From: Macrostomum lignano
Taxonomy: Eukaryota
Length of the DNA stretch: 64,000 bases
Assembly: GCA_002269645.1 (NCBI GenBank)
Contig: NIVC01002506.1
Location: 62,001-126,000 of the forward strand
Direction of reading: 5' to 3'
The position numbers and the translations under genes are program-made. The notes beneath the pieces are model-generated. The model did not search any database, was not told the origin of the DNA, and was given only the letters and a program-made list of their open reading frames with translations. Shown in pieces: positions 31,520-46,500 of the stretch. Every line of letters starts with the position of its first letter. Position 1 is the stretch's first letter.

Positions 31520-34500
31520 TCATCCAGCCATGCTGAAGTGGATGGCGTACCTCGGGTAGGCGCAGTCGGGACTGTCGATGCTCCAGGGTGCGCCGGGGTC
31601 TCCGCTGCCGGCATGCCTGCTGGGCAGCAGCTTGCAGAGCAGCGCCAGCCGCCCGCCGACAGCTGCGCGCATCTGCTGCAGGTCCGGCAGCTGCGTGAAC
31701 TTCAGCCCAGACACCGCGGCAGGTGAGAAGCCGCTCTTCATCACCGACTCGGCCTCGCGCTGATCTGCTGCCCAGGTGAACCCGTACGGAGCCTTCGCAG
31801 CCGCCCCAGCCTTCAGTCGGCGGGCCTCGAACTTGGCGAGCAGGTCGGAGTTCTGGTTGACCTGCACCTGGGTGACGGTGATCCCGTGAGTAGTCAAGCC
31901 AGACAGGAACCTTGAGTTCACAAGGGACCAGTACACGAACAGCGGGTTGTTCTGGTCGACCTCGTGGCGCTGGGGCCGGTTGATGCGGGTGACCCCCTCC
32001 GCTAGGACGGTCGGCAGTCCTTTGAGCGCCGCGGAGCCGTCAACGCAGCTGTAGTGCACGATGTACTTTGGATAGGCCTGCGCCGGTTCGAACACCACGA
32101 ATTCGTCGTTCATGACGCCGTTTGTCGCGCGGGAGTTGCGCGGCGCGAACAGGGAGTCGTATTTCTCCTGGCGCATCCGCTTGAAGTTGTACGTGTCCTT
32201 TGTGGCACCCAGCACCGTGAGGCTGCGGCCTGGGTTAGGGAGATGCTCATGCTGAACTGAGACTCTCAGGCTAGAGTAGAGAGATTCTCATGCTGAACTG
32301 AGACTCTCAGGCTAGAGTAGAGAGATTCTCATGCTGAACTGAGACTCTCAGGCTAGAGTAGAGAGATTCTCATGCTGAACTGAGACTCTCAGGCTAGAGT
32401 AGAGAGATTCTCATGCTGAACTGAGACTCTCAGGCTAGAGTAGGGAGATTCTCATGCTGAATTGAGACTCTCAGGCTAGAGTAGGGAGATTCTCATGCTG
32501 AACTGAGACTCTCAGGCTAGAGTAGGGAGATTTTCATGCTGAACTGAGACTCTCAGGCTAGAGTAGGGAGATTCTCATGCTGAACTGAGACTCTCAGGCT
32601 AGAGTAGGGAGATTCTCATGCTGAACTGAGACTCTCAGGCTAGAGTAGGGAGATTCTCATGCTGAACTGAGACTCTCAGGCTAGAGTAGGGAGATTCTCA
32701 TGCTGAACTGAGACTCTCAGGCTAGAGTAGAGAGATTCTCATGCTGAACTGAGACTCTCAGGCTAGAGTAGGGAGATTCTCATGCTGAACTGAGACTCTC
32801 AGGCTAGAGTAGGGAGATTCTCATGCTGAACTGAGACTCTCAGGCTAGAGTAGGGAGATTCTCATGCTGAACTGAGACTCTCAGGCTAGAGTAGAGAGAT
32901 TCTCATGCTGAACTGAGACTCTCAGGCTAGAGTAGGGAGATTCTCATGCTGAACTGAGACTCTCAGGCTAGAGTAGGGAGATTCTCATGCTGAACTGAGA
33001 CTCTCAGGCTAGAGTAGGGAGATTCTCATGCTGAACTGAGACTCTCAGGCTAGAGTAGGGAGATTCTCATGCTGAACTGAGACTCTCAGGCTAGAGTAGG
33101 GAGATTCTCATGCTGAACTGAGACTCTCAGGCTAGAGTAGGGAGATTCTCATGCTGAACTGAGACTCTCAGGCTAGAGTAGAGAGATTCTCATGCTGAAC
33201 TGAGACTCTCAGGCTAGAGTAGGGAGATTCTCATGCTGAACTGAGACTCTCAGGCTAGAGTAGGGAGATTCTCATGCTGAACTGAGACTCTCAGGCTAGA
33301 GTAGGGAGATTCTCATGCTGAACTGAGACTCTCAGGCTAGAGTAGGGAGATTCTCATGCTGAACTGAGACTCTCAGGCTAGAGTAGGGAGATTCTCATGC
33401 TGAACTGAGACTCTCAGGCTAGAGTAGGGAGATTCTCATGCTGAACTGAGACTCTCAGGGTAAAGTAGGGAGATTCTCATGCTGGATTATAGGGAGATTC
33501 TCAGGGAGTAGGGAGTTCGACCAATTAGTCCGATAACAGGTAAAATTCAAAAGCAGAAGACTCACCCAGCAGCACCTCGCACAGCATCAGCATGTTGGAG
33601 CCCTTGGTGTAAATCTCTCTGGCACTCTTGGACGAGTCCGAGGCGAAGTAGATCCCAGCTCCATACATGCCGGCCTTCTCGGGCAGCCGAAACCCGCTGG
33701 TGATGATGCCCTCCACTCCTTCAGCGGAGGTGCCGTGAAATTTCAGCTCGCATCTGAGGAAAGCAAATTATTTTTAAGAACGACCAGGTATTCCTGCTTT
33801 TAGCGGCATGATTTTAATACCGAATATTTTATCTAAAATGTTTTCACTGCCACTGAGAGAGTGATTCGAGCATCTATAAAATCCTATGAAATATTCGTAT
33901 TTCTACTGAAAGTAAAGTGATTCGAACATCTTATAAAATCCTATGAAGCGTTTGCATTTCTACTGAAAGTAGAGTGATTCGAACATCTATAAAATCCTAT
34001 GAAATGTTTGCATTTCTACTGAAAGTAAAGTGATTCGAACATCTTATAAAATCCTATGAAGCGTTTGCATTTCTACTGAAAGTAAAGTGATTCGAACATC
34101 TTATAAAATCCTATGAAGCGTTTGCATTTCTACTGAAAGTAGAGTGATTCGAACATCTATAAAATCCTATGAAATGTTTGCATTTCTACTGAAAGTAAAG
34201 TGATTCGAACATCTTATAAAATCCTATGAAGCGTTTGCATTTCTACTGAAAGTAGAGTGATTCGAACATCTATAAAATCCTATGAAATGTTTGCATTTCT
34301 ACTGAAAGTAAAGTGATTCGAACATCTTATAAAATCCTATGAAGCGTTTGCATTTCTACTGAAAGTAGAGTAATTCGAAAATCTATAAAATCCTATGAAA
34401 TGTTTGCATTTCTACTGAAAGTAAAGTGATTCGAACATCTTATAAAATCCTATGAAGCGTTTGCATTTCTACTGAAAGTAGAGTAATTTGAAAATCTATA

Positions 34501-37500
34501 AAATCCTATGAAATGTTTGCATTTCTACTGAAAGTAAAGTGATTCGAACATCTTATAAAATCCTATGAAGCGTTTGCATTTCTACCGAAAGTAGAGTAAT
34601 TCGAAAATCTATAAAATCCTATGAAATGTTTGCATTTCTACTAATAGTAGGGTGATTCAAATTCAAAAAGCAAAATGCAATTTGACTTGTTAATTACCTG
34701 TCCGGCTCAAACATTAAGGCGCTCTTGTAGCTAAGAAATTTCCTCTTTAGCGACGCGTTGAGCACTTTCTCCACACGATTCACAGTGGGGTACCAGCTGT
34801 GCTCAGCCCTGATGTACTTTAACACCCGGTCTTCAACATCCAGGAACTCTGACGCTGACTCGCCGTCCCTGGTCAGCTCCAGCCGCTTCACGCAGCCGTC
34901 CATCTGCTTCTTGATGGCCTCCAGTTCCACCTTCGCCTCACGCCTCGCCTCGTCCTGCGCCGCCTGGCGCCGGGCCTGCAGCTCAGCGTTGCGGGCCGCC
35001 TCATCGGCGCGGCACTGGGCGCAGGACTCGGGGGCGCAGCGCTCCCAGCACAGGAGCTGGCAGCGGTGGCCGCAGCCGGGCAGGTCGCGATCGCACGGCT
35101 GCGGGTTGACAGCCGATGCTTGACTGAGTCAGCGGTCTTTCGATACATATCGTGTGTGAGATACAGGTGTAATATTCATGTGTGAAAATTAGATATGAGA
35201 TACAGGGAGTTAAGATGCAGGCAGGTGAGATGCAGGCAGGTGAGATGCAGGCAGGTGAGATGCAGGCAGGTGAGATGCAAGTAGATGAGATGCAAACAGG
35301 TGAAATGCAAGGCAGGTGAGATGCAGGCAGGTGAGATGCAAGTAGATGAGATGCAAACAGGTGAAATGCAAGGCAGGTGAGATGCAGGCAGGTGAGATGC
35401 AAGTAGATGAGATGCAAACAGGTGAAATGCAAGGCAGGTGAGATGCAGGCAGGTGAGATGCAGGCAGGTGAGATGCAAGTAGATGAGATGCAAACAGGTG
35501 AAATGCAAGGCAGGTGAGATGCAGGCAGGTGAGATGCAAGTAGATGAGATGCAAACAGGTGAAATGCAAGGCAGGTGAGATGCAGGTGGGTGAGATGCAA
35601 GGCGGGTGAGATGCAAGGCGGGTGAGATCAAGGCAGGTGAAATGCAAGGCGGGTGAGATTTAGACAGGTGAGATTCAGGCAGGTGAGATGCAAGGTAGGT
35701 GAGATGCAGGCAGGTGAGATCCAGGCAGGTGAAATGCAAAGGCAGGTGAGATGCAAAGCAGGGTGAGATGCAGGTAGTTGAGATGCAAAGCAGGTGAGAT
35801 GCAGGCAGGTGAAATGCAAAGGCAGGTTAGATGCAATGCAAAGCAGGGTGAGATGCAGGTTGAGATGCAAAGCAGGTGAGATGCAAAGGCAGGTAAGATG
35901 CAAAGCAGGTGAGATGCAAAGCAGGTGAGATGCAGGCAGGTGAGATGCAAGGCAGGTGAGATGCAGGCAGGTGAGATGCAAAGCAGGTGAGATGCAGGCA
36001 GGTGAGATGCAGGCAGTTGAGATGCAGAAAGGTGAGATGACCGGCCGCTCACCCTCAGGCACTGCAGCTGTCCCTCAGGCTGCCAGCACTCTTTCCTGCC
36101 AGGGTGGCCGCAGGCCTCGAAGGCGAAGTCCACCATGGTGCAGCAGCGCAGCTCCTCCAGGCTCTGGTGGCAGAGCTTCGCAGCCCGGTGGCCGCAGTCC
36201 GGCAGGGTCACCTCGGAGCGGACGGCGCAGCGGTCGTGCGAGTGGCGCGGCTGGCAGGGCAGCGGGCAGCGGTGCAGGCCGCACTCCATCATCATGTCGC
36301 AGTTCAGGGTGCAGAATTTGGCACCAACTGCGGGCACGGAGGCGGCGTCCGAGGCCTCCAGCTGCGTCTCGGCCGGGTGCAGCACGCAGCGCAGCGGCAG
36401 CTGCTTGCCCACGCAGCCGGCCTCCCGCATCGATTTTAGCAGGGTGCGCCAGTGCCCGACCTCCTTGGTCAAGCAGTCGGCGTTGCCGATAAGCCAGAAG
36501 CCGCAGCGGGCCCGCGACTGCGCCACGCACCGCCTGCTCACCTCCTTGAGGAAGCCGACAGTGCACTCTTCGTTAGACCGGACCAGCGACACGATCACGA
36601 AGTCGTTCTCGTCGCCCTGGTACACGTCCACCGTGTGCGCCAGGATGGGCGGCCCGCGGCTCTCCACCGCCTCATCGTCAGCCTCCTCGGCTTCCCCTGC
36701 GGCTGCCGCGCCCGCTGAACCGCCGGCTGGAGTGACGGAGATTCACAATGCACCTTGCCTGAGTCCTGCTTTGCTTGGTCTCACTTTATCTGTTTTTGCT
36801 CTTCCGTTAATATTCATCCCTGTCACTCTCATCTTTATCACTATCAACTGTGTCACTCTCATCTCTGTCACTCTCTGTTATCTGTGTCACTCTCATCTCT
36901 GTCACTCTCTGTTATCTGTGTCACTCTCATCTACAGTATGTCATTCCTATCTGTCACACTCGTTTCTGTAACTTCTATCTCTGTCACTCTCATTTCTGTC
37001 ACTTCTATCGCTGTCATTCTCATTTCTGTAACTTCTATCTCTGTCACTCTCATTTCTGTCACTTCTATCGCTGTCATTCTCATTTCTGTAACTTCTATCT
37101 CTGTCACTCTCATTTCTGTCACTTCTATCGCTGTCATTCTCATTTCTGTCACTTCTATCTCTGTCACTCTCATTTCTGTCACTTCTATCTCTGTACCTCT
37201 CATTTCTGTCACTCCTATCACTGTCACACTCGTTTCTGTCACTTCTATTGCTGTCACATTCGTTTCTGTCACTCCTATCTCTGTCACTCTCATTTCTGTC
37301 ACTCTAATCTCTTGCATTCTAATCTCTGTCACTCCCATTTCTGTCACTTCATGTCACTCTCATCCATCCATCCATCACTTCATCTCACTCGCATTGGTTA
37401 CTCGCTCTCATCCAACAGAACCAGCCGATATAGACTTACCCTTAGCCCGGTTGGCAAAGTACTCAGGGAACAGGTGCTGGTGCTGCTCGGCCCGCTGTCT

Positions 37501-40500
37501 CACCAGCTGGCTGATGAGGGCCGTCTGGCTGCGGTAGGCGGCCAGGATGGTGATGCGGCTGGGCGCCACACCCTGGCTGATGAGGAACAGAGCCAGCGCC
37601 ACGCACCGCTCAGCCTCCTCTTTATTGATGTAGCTGCGATCGCCAGTCTCCGGCTCGCTGTGATCCCAGAAGAAGGCCGACTTCGCCACGCAGGGGGTCG
37701 CCTGGTGCTTCGTGACCACCGGCAGGTTGTCCTTCAGGCCGGGGTAGATGTCCCGCAGGAACTGGGACAGCTCCGGACGCATGCGGTTCTGCAGGGCCAG
37801 CTGGTCATAGGAGATGCCGTTGTTGATGAGGCGCTCGAACATTGAGACGTCCAGGTCGAAGTATCTGCGGGTTCGGGGGATCAGAACTGGTTTAGGATCA
37901 GGATGGGAAATGGAATCAAGATGGGGATCAGGATTGGGATTATGATCAGGATGGGGATCAGGATGGGGAATGGGATCAGGATGGGGATCAGGATTAGGAT
38001 TATGATCAGGATGGGGATCAGGATGGGGATCAGGATTGGGATCAGGATGGGGATTAGGATGGGGAATGGGATCAGGATGGGGATCAGGATTGGGATTAGG
38101 ATGGAGAATGGGATCAGGATGGGGATCAGGATTGGGATCAGGATGGGGATCAGGATGGGGATCAGGATGGGGAAGGGGATCAGGATGGGGATTGGGATCA
38201 GAATGGGAAATTTGGGATCAGGATGGGATTGGGATCAGGAAACGGGATCAGGACTCTGATCTCATGGCCAGCACCTGGCCAGTCGGTGGCTCTCCGTGGG
38301 CGGCCTGAGCTGCTTGTGGTCGCCGATGAGCACAAGGTGCTGCACGGATGGACTCAGGCAGGCCAGCAGCTGCGGCTCGCCAACCTCGGCGGCCTCCTCA
38401 ACCACCAGCAGGCTGGGCCGCACCAGGCGCAGGATGTCCCGCTGGATGCTGGCGCCTGTGACGGTCATGCCGACAATCCGCTTGGTGCGCAGCAGGGCGG
38501 CCGTGCGGCGCAGGCGAAGCTCCCGGCGCATTGCCGCCAGGCTGCAGAAGTCGTTGATGGCCGACTGGGGGTCAGAGGTGACGCATTTGGGGGATGCAAA
38601 TGCCAGTTCGAAATTGCGGGTTGGGATCTCTGAGGATTCCTCTGAGGATGGAATCTCTGAGGATCTGGATGGGATCTCCGATGATCTGGATGGGATCTCT
38701 GAGGATCTGAATGGGATCTCTGAGGATCTGAATGGGATCTCTGAGGATCTGCGTGGGGTCTCTGAGGACCTGGGTGGGATCTCTGAAGATTGGGTGGGAT
38801 AGCTGAGGATCTGGGTGGGATCTCTTGGGGATCTGGGTGGGGTCTCTAAGGACCTGGGTGGGATCTCTGAAGATTGGGTGGGATAGCTGAGGATCTGGGT
38901 GGGGTCTCTAAGGACCTGGGTGGGATCTATGAGGATCTAGATGGGATCTCTGAGAATCAGAGTGGAGTAGGCTGGTATTTCAAGCATCATCTTGTTCTCA
39001 ATCTGAAGTATCAAAGAATCCAGCCAAACCCAAACCTGCTCACCTGCAGCTGCGGCACGCAGTCTCCAGCAGCCTGCAGCAGCACCAGCTGCAGCAGCAC
39101 CGCGCGCTCCTCGCCTTTCAGCGCCCAGAGGTCCTCAACAGCAGCTAGCTGGGCAGCCCTGGCGGCCGTGGCTGCCGATCCTGAGGTCAGCTGATCTGGC
39201 GAGGCTAGGAACGGAGCCAGCCATTGCTGCTGCTGCTGCTGCTGTTGTTGCTGTTTCTGCTTTTGCTGCTGTTGCGAGTCCCAGCCAAAGCGAACCACCA
39301 TGTCCTTCTCCAGGTTGCCCACGTGATCGGCAAAGACGGCCAGTCGCTCCTGAGAAATACATAGTGTAGTGAGCCGCTAGTTTATGGTTAGGCGTCGCCC
39401 TTGTCAGCTGTTCCCTCGCCTCCGCCCTGGGTTGCTGTCTGCCGCTAGTCAGCTTCCCGCCCCTCCCTTTCGTTTGTCTGCTGCTGCCCTTGGCCTGTTC
39501 TGGCCTTCTGAGGCTGGGGGCTGTCTCTGTTTCGCTCCCGTCCCGTTTTCCCTGTCTTGTGAGCAAGTCACATGACAGTTCTTGCGTTCTTTGAGTCTTA
39601 AAGTGCAGTAAACATGTTTACTGCACTTGTTGGCCCTGTTTACCGGGTGAGTCACGTGCTTTCGGACCCCTCCCTTCTCTAAGGAGAGGAGTGACTCATG
39701 TTGCTAAAAATAGCAACTGAGTCACAGCCGCGTGTACTCTGGCCGGGGACCTCAAGTGACGTCAGTTCTAAAAATAGAACAAGTCACGAGGTCTTCCGCA
39801 CGCTTGTACCCTGCCCGAGACTCTCGAGTGACGTCAGTTCTAAAAATAGAACAAGTCACGAGGTCTTCCGCACGGGTGTTTCCCGGCTATAAATAGGAGC
39901 TCTCTCCCCCTTGTTTCCGTCAGTCCTGTACAGTCCTGTACAGCCCTGTACAGTCCTCTATAGTCTAATTTGGCTTCTTGTGTACATTAGTACACTCCCT
40001 ATCAGGAAAATTATTTATATCTAGTGGCGTAAGAGCCTATTTCAATGGCTGAGGCGCCGGAATTACTTATCAAGTTACAAGTTACAATTTACTTGTTTTC
40101 GTCAAGGAGTTCTTGATTCCCGAGTTCTAAGACCCGTGTGCGTTAGCGTCTGAACTGAGCGCCCGACTGCATACATTGAGTCTGTTCGTATTGGTCTGAC
40201 TGAGACCCGACTAAAGCGCCCAAGCCTACGAGAGGCTAACTCAGCCCTCCCTCTGCCATCCAAGCCCGGCAGGTACTGCTGACGAGACGCCTAGTACGTT
40301 GAACTGCAATTCTGCACTAGGTGCTGTGTTCGTTGACTTCGTTATTTCGTTCCGACGGGAAGCTCACCTCACCGAAGGCCGAGACCTGAAGGAACTGGTG
40401 GCAGCACTACCTACGCTACTGAGAGTTGAGAGAACTTCCCACTGAAGAGGCTCGAGATTTAGGGTAATCCGCAAGGGCCTAAACCGGGAAGAAACCCCAT

Positions 40501-43500
40501 AAGTACTTCACTGGTGGCAGCGGTGGGATTCAAAGACCTACCAGGCCACCCCGAGAAAACCATAAGTACTTCAATAGATATATCAATCTACACTCGTATG
40601 CATCGATGCAATCTATCAGATTTTAGCATAGAGGTGAATGACCTAATGAAAACGGCACCAAGGTCAAGAAGCGTCCCCTAAGAGTCGTTTCATTGCTATT
40701 GCAAGCAACACAGGTAAAGTAGGAAAAAAGCGACTCTATAAGACTCTAAAACAACAAGATGTCACGGTACAATTCGCCAAAAAGTCGTAAAAAAGAGTTT
40801 TCTAAGAGTCAATTTGAAGCGTTTTTTGCCGGTGACTCTGAAACGACCCTGGAGCCGTAGAGTTGTATCTGAGGCGTGCCAAAGTCGCTGTAGAATCACT
40901 GAGTTGCGTCTGAACCGCATCTGCATGTAGTGGATGGGGCATCGGACTCACGACTTGAAGGTCGAGAGTTCGATTCCCAAATCCCACTCGTGCTTCAGTT
41001 TACCCAGTTGTAAAATGGGGTAATTGAGGGTGTGTGTGGCGACCCCCCCCCCAGTCCTTGGACTGAACAGCCGTACGCAGACTTCAGATGCGCCGCGCAA
41101 TAGCTGCGGCTGAGCTGTCGGTTGCACATCTGGCCCAATTGGGGCAGGTGTAATCAATTATTATTATTACCACTGAGTTAGTAGAAAGCTAAGAGCTGAA
41201 ACAACGACTTTGAGTGACTTTTTTCACGACTAACGACTATGAAACTGACGTGATCCACTCGCGACTCAACAGTCGCTTCTCCATCGCATTGCAGTCGTTT
41301 TATGAGTCATTAAAATAGTCACACGAGTTGCCCCAGAGTCACTTGAGATTTAGAAGTTTTGAGTTGCACCTCGGACAAAGCGCATTATTTAAAACTGGAA
41401 AGTCCTGAAGGCGTTGCACCAGGGTGCTGTGCAACTGCAATCAGACAACTGACATTTCAAATGGTATTTCAACAACAAACAATCGCTTCCGTACTCATTA
41501 TTGTCCTACCAAGCAGACAAGTACATTACTATATAAAGTCACCCCTCGTGAGAACAAGCTGTCCGCTCACCTGCCGCTCCAGCGCCACGTCTGCATCAGC
41601 GTCAGCTTCCATCGCGGCCGATCCCGCCGACTGGGCGGCCTGGCGGCGCGACTTGCCGCGGGACTTCCGAGACTTGGCGGACGGTCCCGGAGGATTCTCG
41701 ACATCCTCATCGGCGGCTTCTGCTGAAGGTGGCGGCGGAGGTGGCGGCGGTGGAGGTGGCGGTGGAGGCGTCGGCCGAAAGATCTTCTCAGTCACGGAGG
41801 CCTCTGGAATCCACTGCTTCAGGGCCTGAAATGATGTTTTTAGAACGCGTGTGCAATGACGCATTAAGTCTCTTCTCTTGGATCTTCTTGACCGATGCCA
41901 GAGCAGGCAATCGTGGTTTTTAACACTTGCTTCAGACACTTAATAACACTTAATTTAATAGCTCGTAATAACAATGAAAATGCTTCTGCTTTGTCGAAGC
42001 CCGTGCAATATAACAGTTGACAAAAATAGGTGACAAATTGGCAAAAAGAGTCGCCAGTTAAGAAGGTAGCTCTATAAGTAGCCTATAACCCTGACTACAG
42101 CATTATGCATATTTAGCATTCACTTCTCCCCTCTCACCTCGACAAACGCGGAGGCCAGCGGGCTCAACTTGGTCCGAGACTCGTCCGACAGTTGAGCGAT
42201 GAGGTGCGGCCTGAGCTTGCCGCCCGGGCAGGACTTCAGCTCTGCCTGCACTGCTTTCAGTTGCCAGGCAGTTTGCCGGGCCAGCAGCAGTCCGCAGAGC
42301 TGCTGCTCAGACAGGTGCTCAGCCAGCAGCAGCGCCTGCCTGCTGAACACCCGGTTGAAACGGGCGAGCAGGCGCTGCAGCTCGGAGCGGGCGCGATCCT
42401 GCTCCTCTGACACCTACGGGATACGTGCGGCACTGATTGTCAGTAACTGTGTCACTTGTTGTGTCACTGACTCATTCACTCAATCACTGACTATTTCATC
42501 GACTGTGTCACTGTGTCACTTTTTTTTCGGTGTCACTGATTGTCTCACCGATGTGTCACTGATTAGGTCACTGATGTGTCACTGTGTCACTAATTGTGTC
42601 ATTGACAGTAATACTGATTGTGTCACTGACTGTGTCAATGATTGTCTCACTGAATGTGTCACTGATAGTGTCACTGACGGTGTCACTGATTGTCTCACCG
42701 ATGTGTCACTGATTAGGTCACTGATGTGTCACTGTGTCACTAATTGTGTCATTGACAGTAAGACTGATTATGTCACTGACTGTGTCAATGATTGTCTCAC
42801 TGAATGTGTCACTGATAGTGTCACTGACGGTGTCACTGATTGTCTCACCGATGTGTCACTGATTAGGTCACTGATGTGTCACTGTGTCACTAATTGTGTC
42901 ATTGACTGTAAGACTGATTGTGTCACTGACTGTGTCACTGACTGTATCACTGACTGAGTCGATGATTGTCACTGATTGTGTCACTAGCTGTGTAACTGAC
43001 TGTGTCACTGCCTGTATCACTGACTGTTTCACTAATTGTGTCACTGATTGTGTCACTGATTGTCACTAATTGTGTCACTGATTGTGTCACTGATTGTCAC
43101 TAATTTTGTCACTGGTTGTGTCACTGACTGTGTCACGGACTGTCACTGACTGTATCACTGATTAGGTTTATTACGTTGAGCTGGGTTAAGCTTATTACAA
43201 CGCCGTCATTTCTCACCTGCCTCAGCTGCTCCCCACGGGCGCCGGCGCCCTCGGCGCCAGCCAGCAGCGCGGCCAGGCTGATCTTGTCCAGCTCCTTGCG
43301 GCTGCAGCGGCCGCCAACCCGCAGCACCTGGTCGGCGGGAAAGTGCTGCAGCAGATCCGACAAGAAATCGTCGAGGGCGCGGTTCTTGTAGGCCAGCACC
43401 AGGGCCGGCGGGCGGAAGGTGGGCAGCGCGGTCAGCTGGCGGACGATGAGCACCCCGAGGCGGCTCTTGCCGGTGCCCGGCGGACCCTGGATGATGGCCA

Positions 43501-46500
43501 GCCGCCTGTGCAGGGCGTTGGAGAAGGCTGCGGCCTGGCTGCTGTCCAGCTTCAGCTCCTGCCCGATGTCCAGGCTGGGCAGGCGCGGCGGCGCCGGCTT
43601 GGCGCTGTAATAGCGCGCCACGTAGTCTGGTAGGTCGCGAGCTCGATTCACCTGGGCGGCGGAGAGCACCTCGGCGAAGGGCAGCCGGTCAGCCTGGAAC
43701 TGCTGCAGACTGCGGAGCACAGGCTCGCAGGCCTTGAACAGGGTGGGCGACTCCGCCATGAGCATCCCGGATGACTGCCTGCGGCGGGGGGGGGGCAGTG
43801 GTCGGGTCAAATGGCCGGGCTCTCATGCTACTGTTGCTTTATGTCTAGACCCTGCACTCATCAGAGATCCCATCATGCAGGTGTTAATCCCTAATCAGAG
43901 ATCCCATTAATGCAGGTGTTAATCCCTAATCAGATATCCTATCATGCAGGTGTTAATCCCTTAATCAGAGTTCCCATCATGCAGGTGTTAATCCCTAATC
44001 AGAGATCCCATTAATGCAGGTGTTAATCCCTAATCAGAGATCCCATTATGCAGGTGTTAATCCCTAATCAGAGATCCCATCATGCAGGTGTTAATCCCTA
44101 ATCAGAGATCCCATCATGCAGGTGTTAATCCCTAATCAGAGATCCCATCATGCAGGTGTCAATCCCTAATCAGAGATCCCATCATGCATTTATTAATCCC
44201 TTATCACAAGATCCCATCATGCAGGTGTTAATCCCTAATCAAAGATCCCATTATGCAGGTGTTAATCCCTAATCAGAGATCCCATCATGCAGGTGTTAAT
44301 CCCTAATCAGAGATCCCATTATGCAGGTGTTAATCCCTAATCAGAGATCCTATCATGCAGGTGTTAATCCCTAATCAGAGATCCTATCATGCAGGTGTTA
44401 ATCCCTAATCAGAGATCCCATCATGCAGGTGTCAATCCCTAATCAGAGATCCCATCATGCATTTATTAATCCCTTATCACAAGATCCCTTCATGCAGGTG
44501 TTAATCCCTAATCAAAGATCCCATTATGCAGGTGTTAATCCCTTAATCAGAGATCCCATCATGCATTTATTAATCCCTAATCACAAGATCCCATCATGCA
44601 GGTGTTAATCCCTAATCAGAGATCCCATCATGCAGGTGTTAATCCCTAATCAGAGATTTCATCATGCAGGTGTTAATCCCTAATCAGAGATTTCATCATG
44701 CAGGTGTTAATCCCTAATCAGAGATCCTATCATGCAGGTGTTAATCCCTAATCAGATATCCTATCATGCAGGTGCTAATCCCTAATCAGAGATCCCATCA
44801 TGCAGGTGTTAATCCCTAATCAGAGATCCCATCATGTATTTATTAATCCCTAATCAGAGATCCAATTATGCAGGTGTTAAACCCTTACAACCTCACAACA
44901 GCCACAAAAGCATCTGCCGCACCCAGTCTCACCTGGCCAGCATGCTCTGGAAGGCTTGCACATCGCTAACGGGGTTGCAGTCGCTGCACAGCTCGATCCA
45001 GATCACCGACTCCCGCTGCAGCTGCTTGGAGTCGCGAAAGGCCACGGTGGCCCACAGCATCTGGGCCGGGTCGAAGTTCGCATCCGGGGAGATGCACAGC
45101 AGATTGCCGGGCAGCAGCTTGGAGCTGCGGTCCCAGCGCTCCACCTGGTCACCGTTGCCGAGGCGGAACCAAAGGCCGAGGGTCATCGGCCAGGAGCCGC
45201 CGCAGCTGCTGCTCAGGCGGACTCCGCACAGGCGCACCGCGGTGTAGACCGACATGTCCCGACCGTCCAGCTCGCCGCGCTGCCAGGCGCGAGTGCCCTT
45301 GACAACCCGGTCGAAGCAGTCGGCTCGGAATAGCCTGCGGAAGGCGGAAATGCTGTGTTAGCTGGACTAACGATATGTATCGTAGTATGAATAACTATGA
45401 TTTTTCAAATAAAAGTAAGTAGACAGACAGACAGACAGACAGACAGAAAGCAGGCAGACAGACAGACAGACAGGCAGACAGACAGACAGACAGACAGACA
45501 GGCAGACAGGCAGACAGACAGACAGACAGACAGACACAGACAGGCAGACAGACAGACAGACACAGACAGGCAGACAGACAGAGACAGACAGACAGACAGA
45601 CAGACAGCCAGACAGCCGCGCACCTGAAATAGGTATTGCAGTAGTCTTCCACATCTTCATAGGCTCCCCGCGCTCGAACCGGCAGCAGAAACTCGGACAC
45701 AGCGGAGCCGCGGCCTTCCATCTCGAAGGCGGTGGGCACCACGGGCAGCCGGCGCCACGGCAGCCGGAGCTGCTCGCTGCCTTCGGGCGCCACCGACAGC
45801 CGCAGCAGCTCCAGAAGCAGACCCTGGCTGGTCCGCGTCGTTCCTTCAGCGTCATCGGCGCCGACCACCAGCGGCTCCAGGAGGCGCAGCATCGCTGGCA
45901 CGCTGCAGCTCTTGGCCAGGTCCAGGCACAGTCTGAGGTATTCCAGCATCAGCCGGCGGTCCTTGGACTTTCCCTCGGCGGCGCTTTCGAACAGCGGAGT
46001 GAAAAATTCGGCAGGAGCCTGCGTGCCACCGGCAGACAGGCAGCGGTCCAGAAAGTTCGGCAGCAGGCCGCGGCGGCGCAGCGGTGGCCGGTTCAGACCC
46101 AGGGACAGCCGGCACAGGGAGCGGGCCGTCTGCGGGTGGAGGCAGTGAGGGGTGGAGGCGGCGGTGAGGGGTGGAGGCGGCGGTGAGGGGTGGAGGCGGT
46201 GAGGGGTGGAGGCGGCGGTGAGGTGTGGAGGCGGTGAGGGGTGGAGGCGGCGGTGAGGGGTGGAGGCGGTGAGGGGTGGAGGCGGTGAGGGGTGGAGGCA
46301 GTGAGGGGTGGAGGCAGTGAGGGGTGGAGGCAGTGAGGGGTGGAGGCAGTAGGGGGTGGAGGCGGTGAGGGGTGGAGGCAGTGAGGGGTGGAGGCAGTAG
46401 GGGGTGGAGGCAGTGAGGGGTGGAGGCAGAAAGGGGTGGAGGCAGTAAGGGTGGAGGCAGTAAGGGTGGAGGCAGTAAGGGGTGGAGGCGGTGAGGGGTG

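Noticed and set aside
35001-38802. Long low-complexity ORFs (HLTCL, VTLIS, GIRMG)
   Set aside because: They are translations of intronic minisatellites.
36075-46148. Long antisense or alternative-frame ORFs over the helicase exons
   Set aside because: Shadows of GC-rich codon usage; the motif-bearing frame is on the minus strand.
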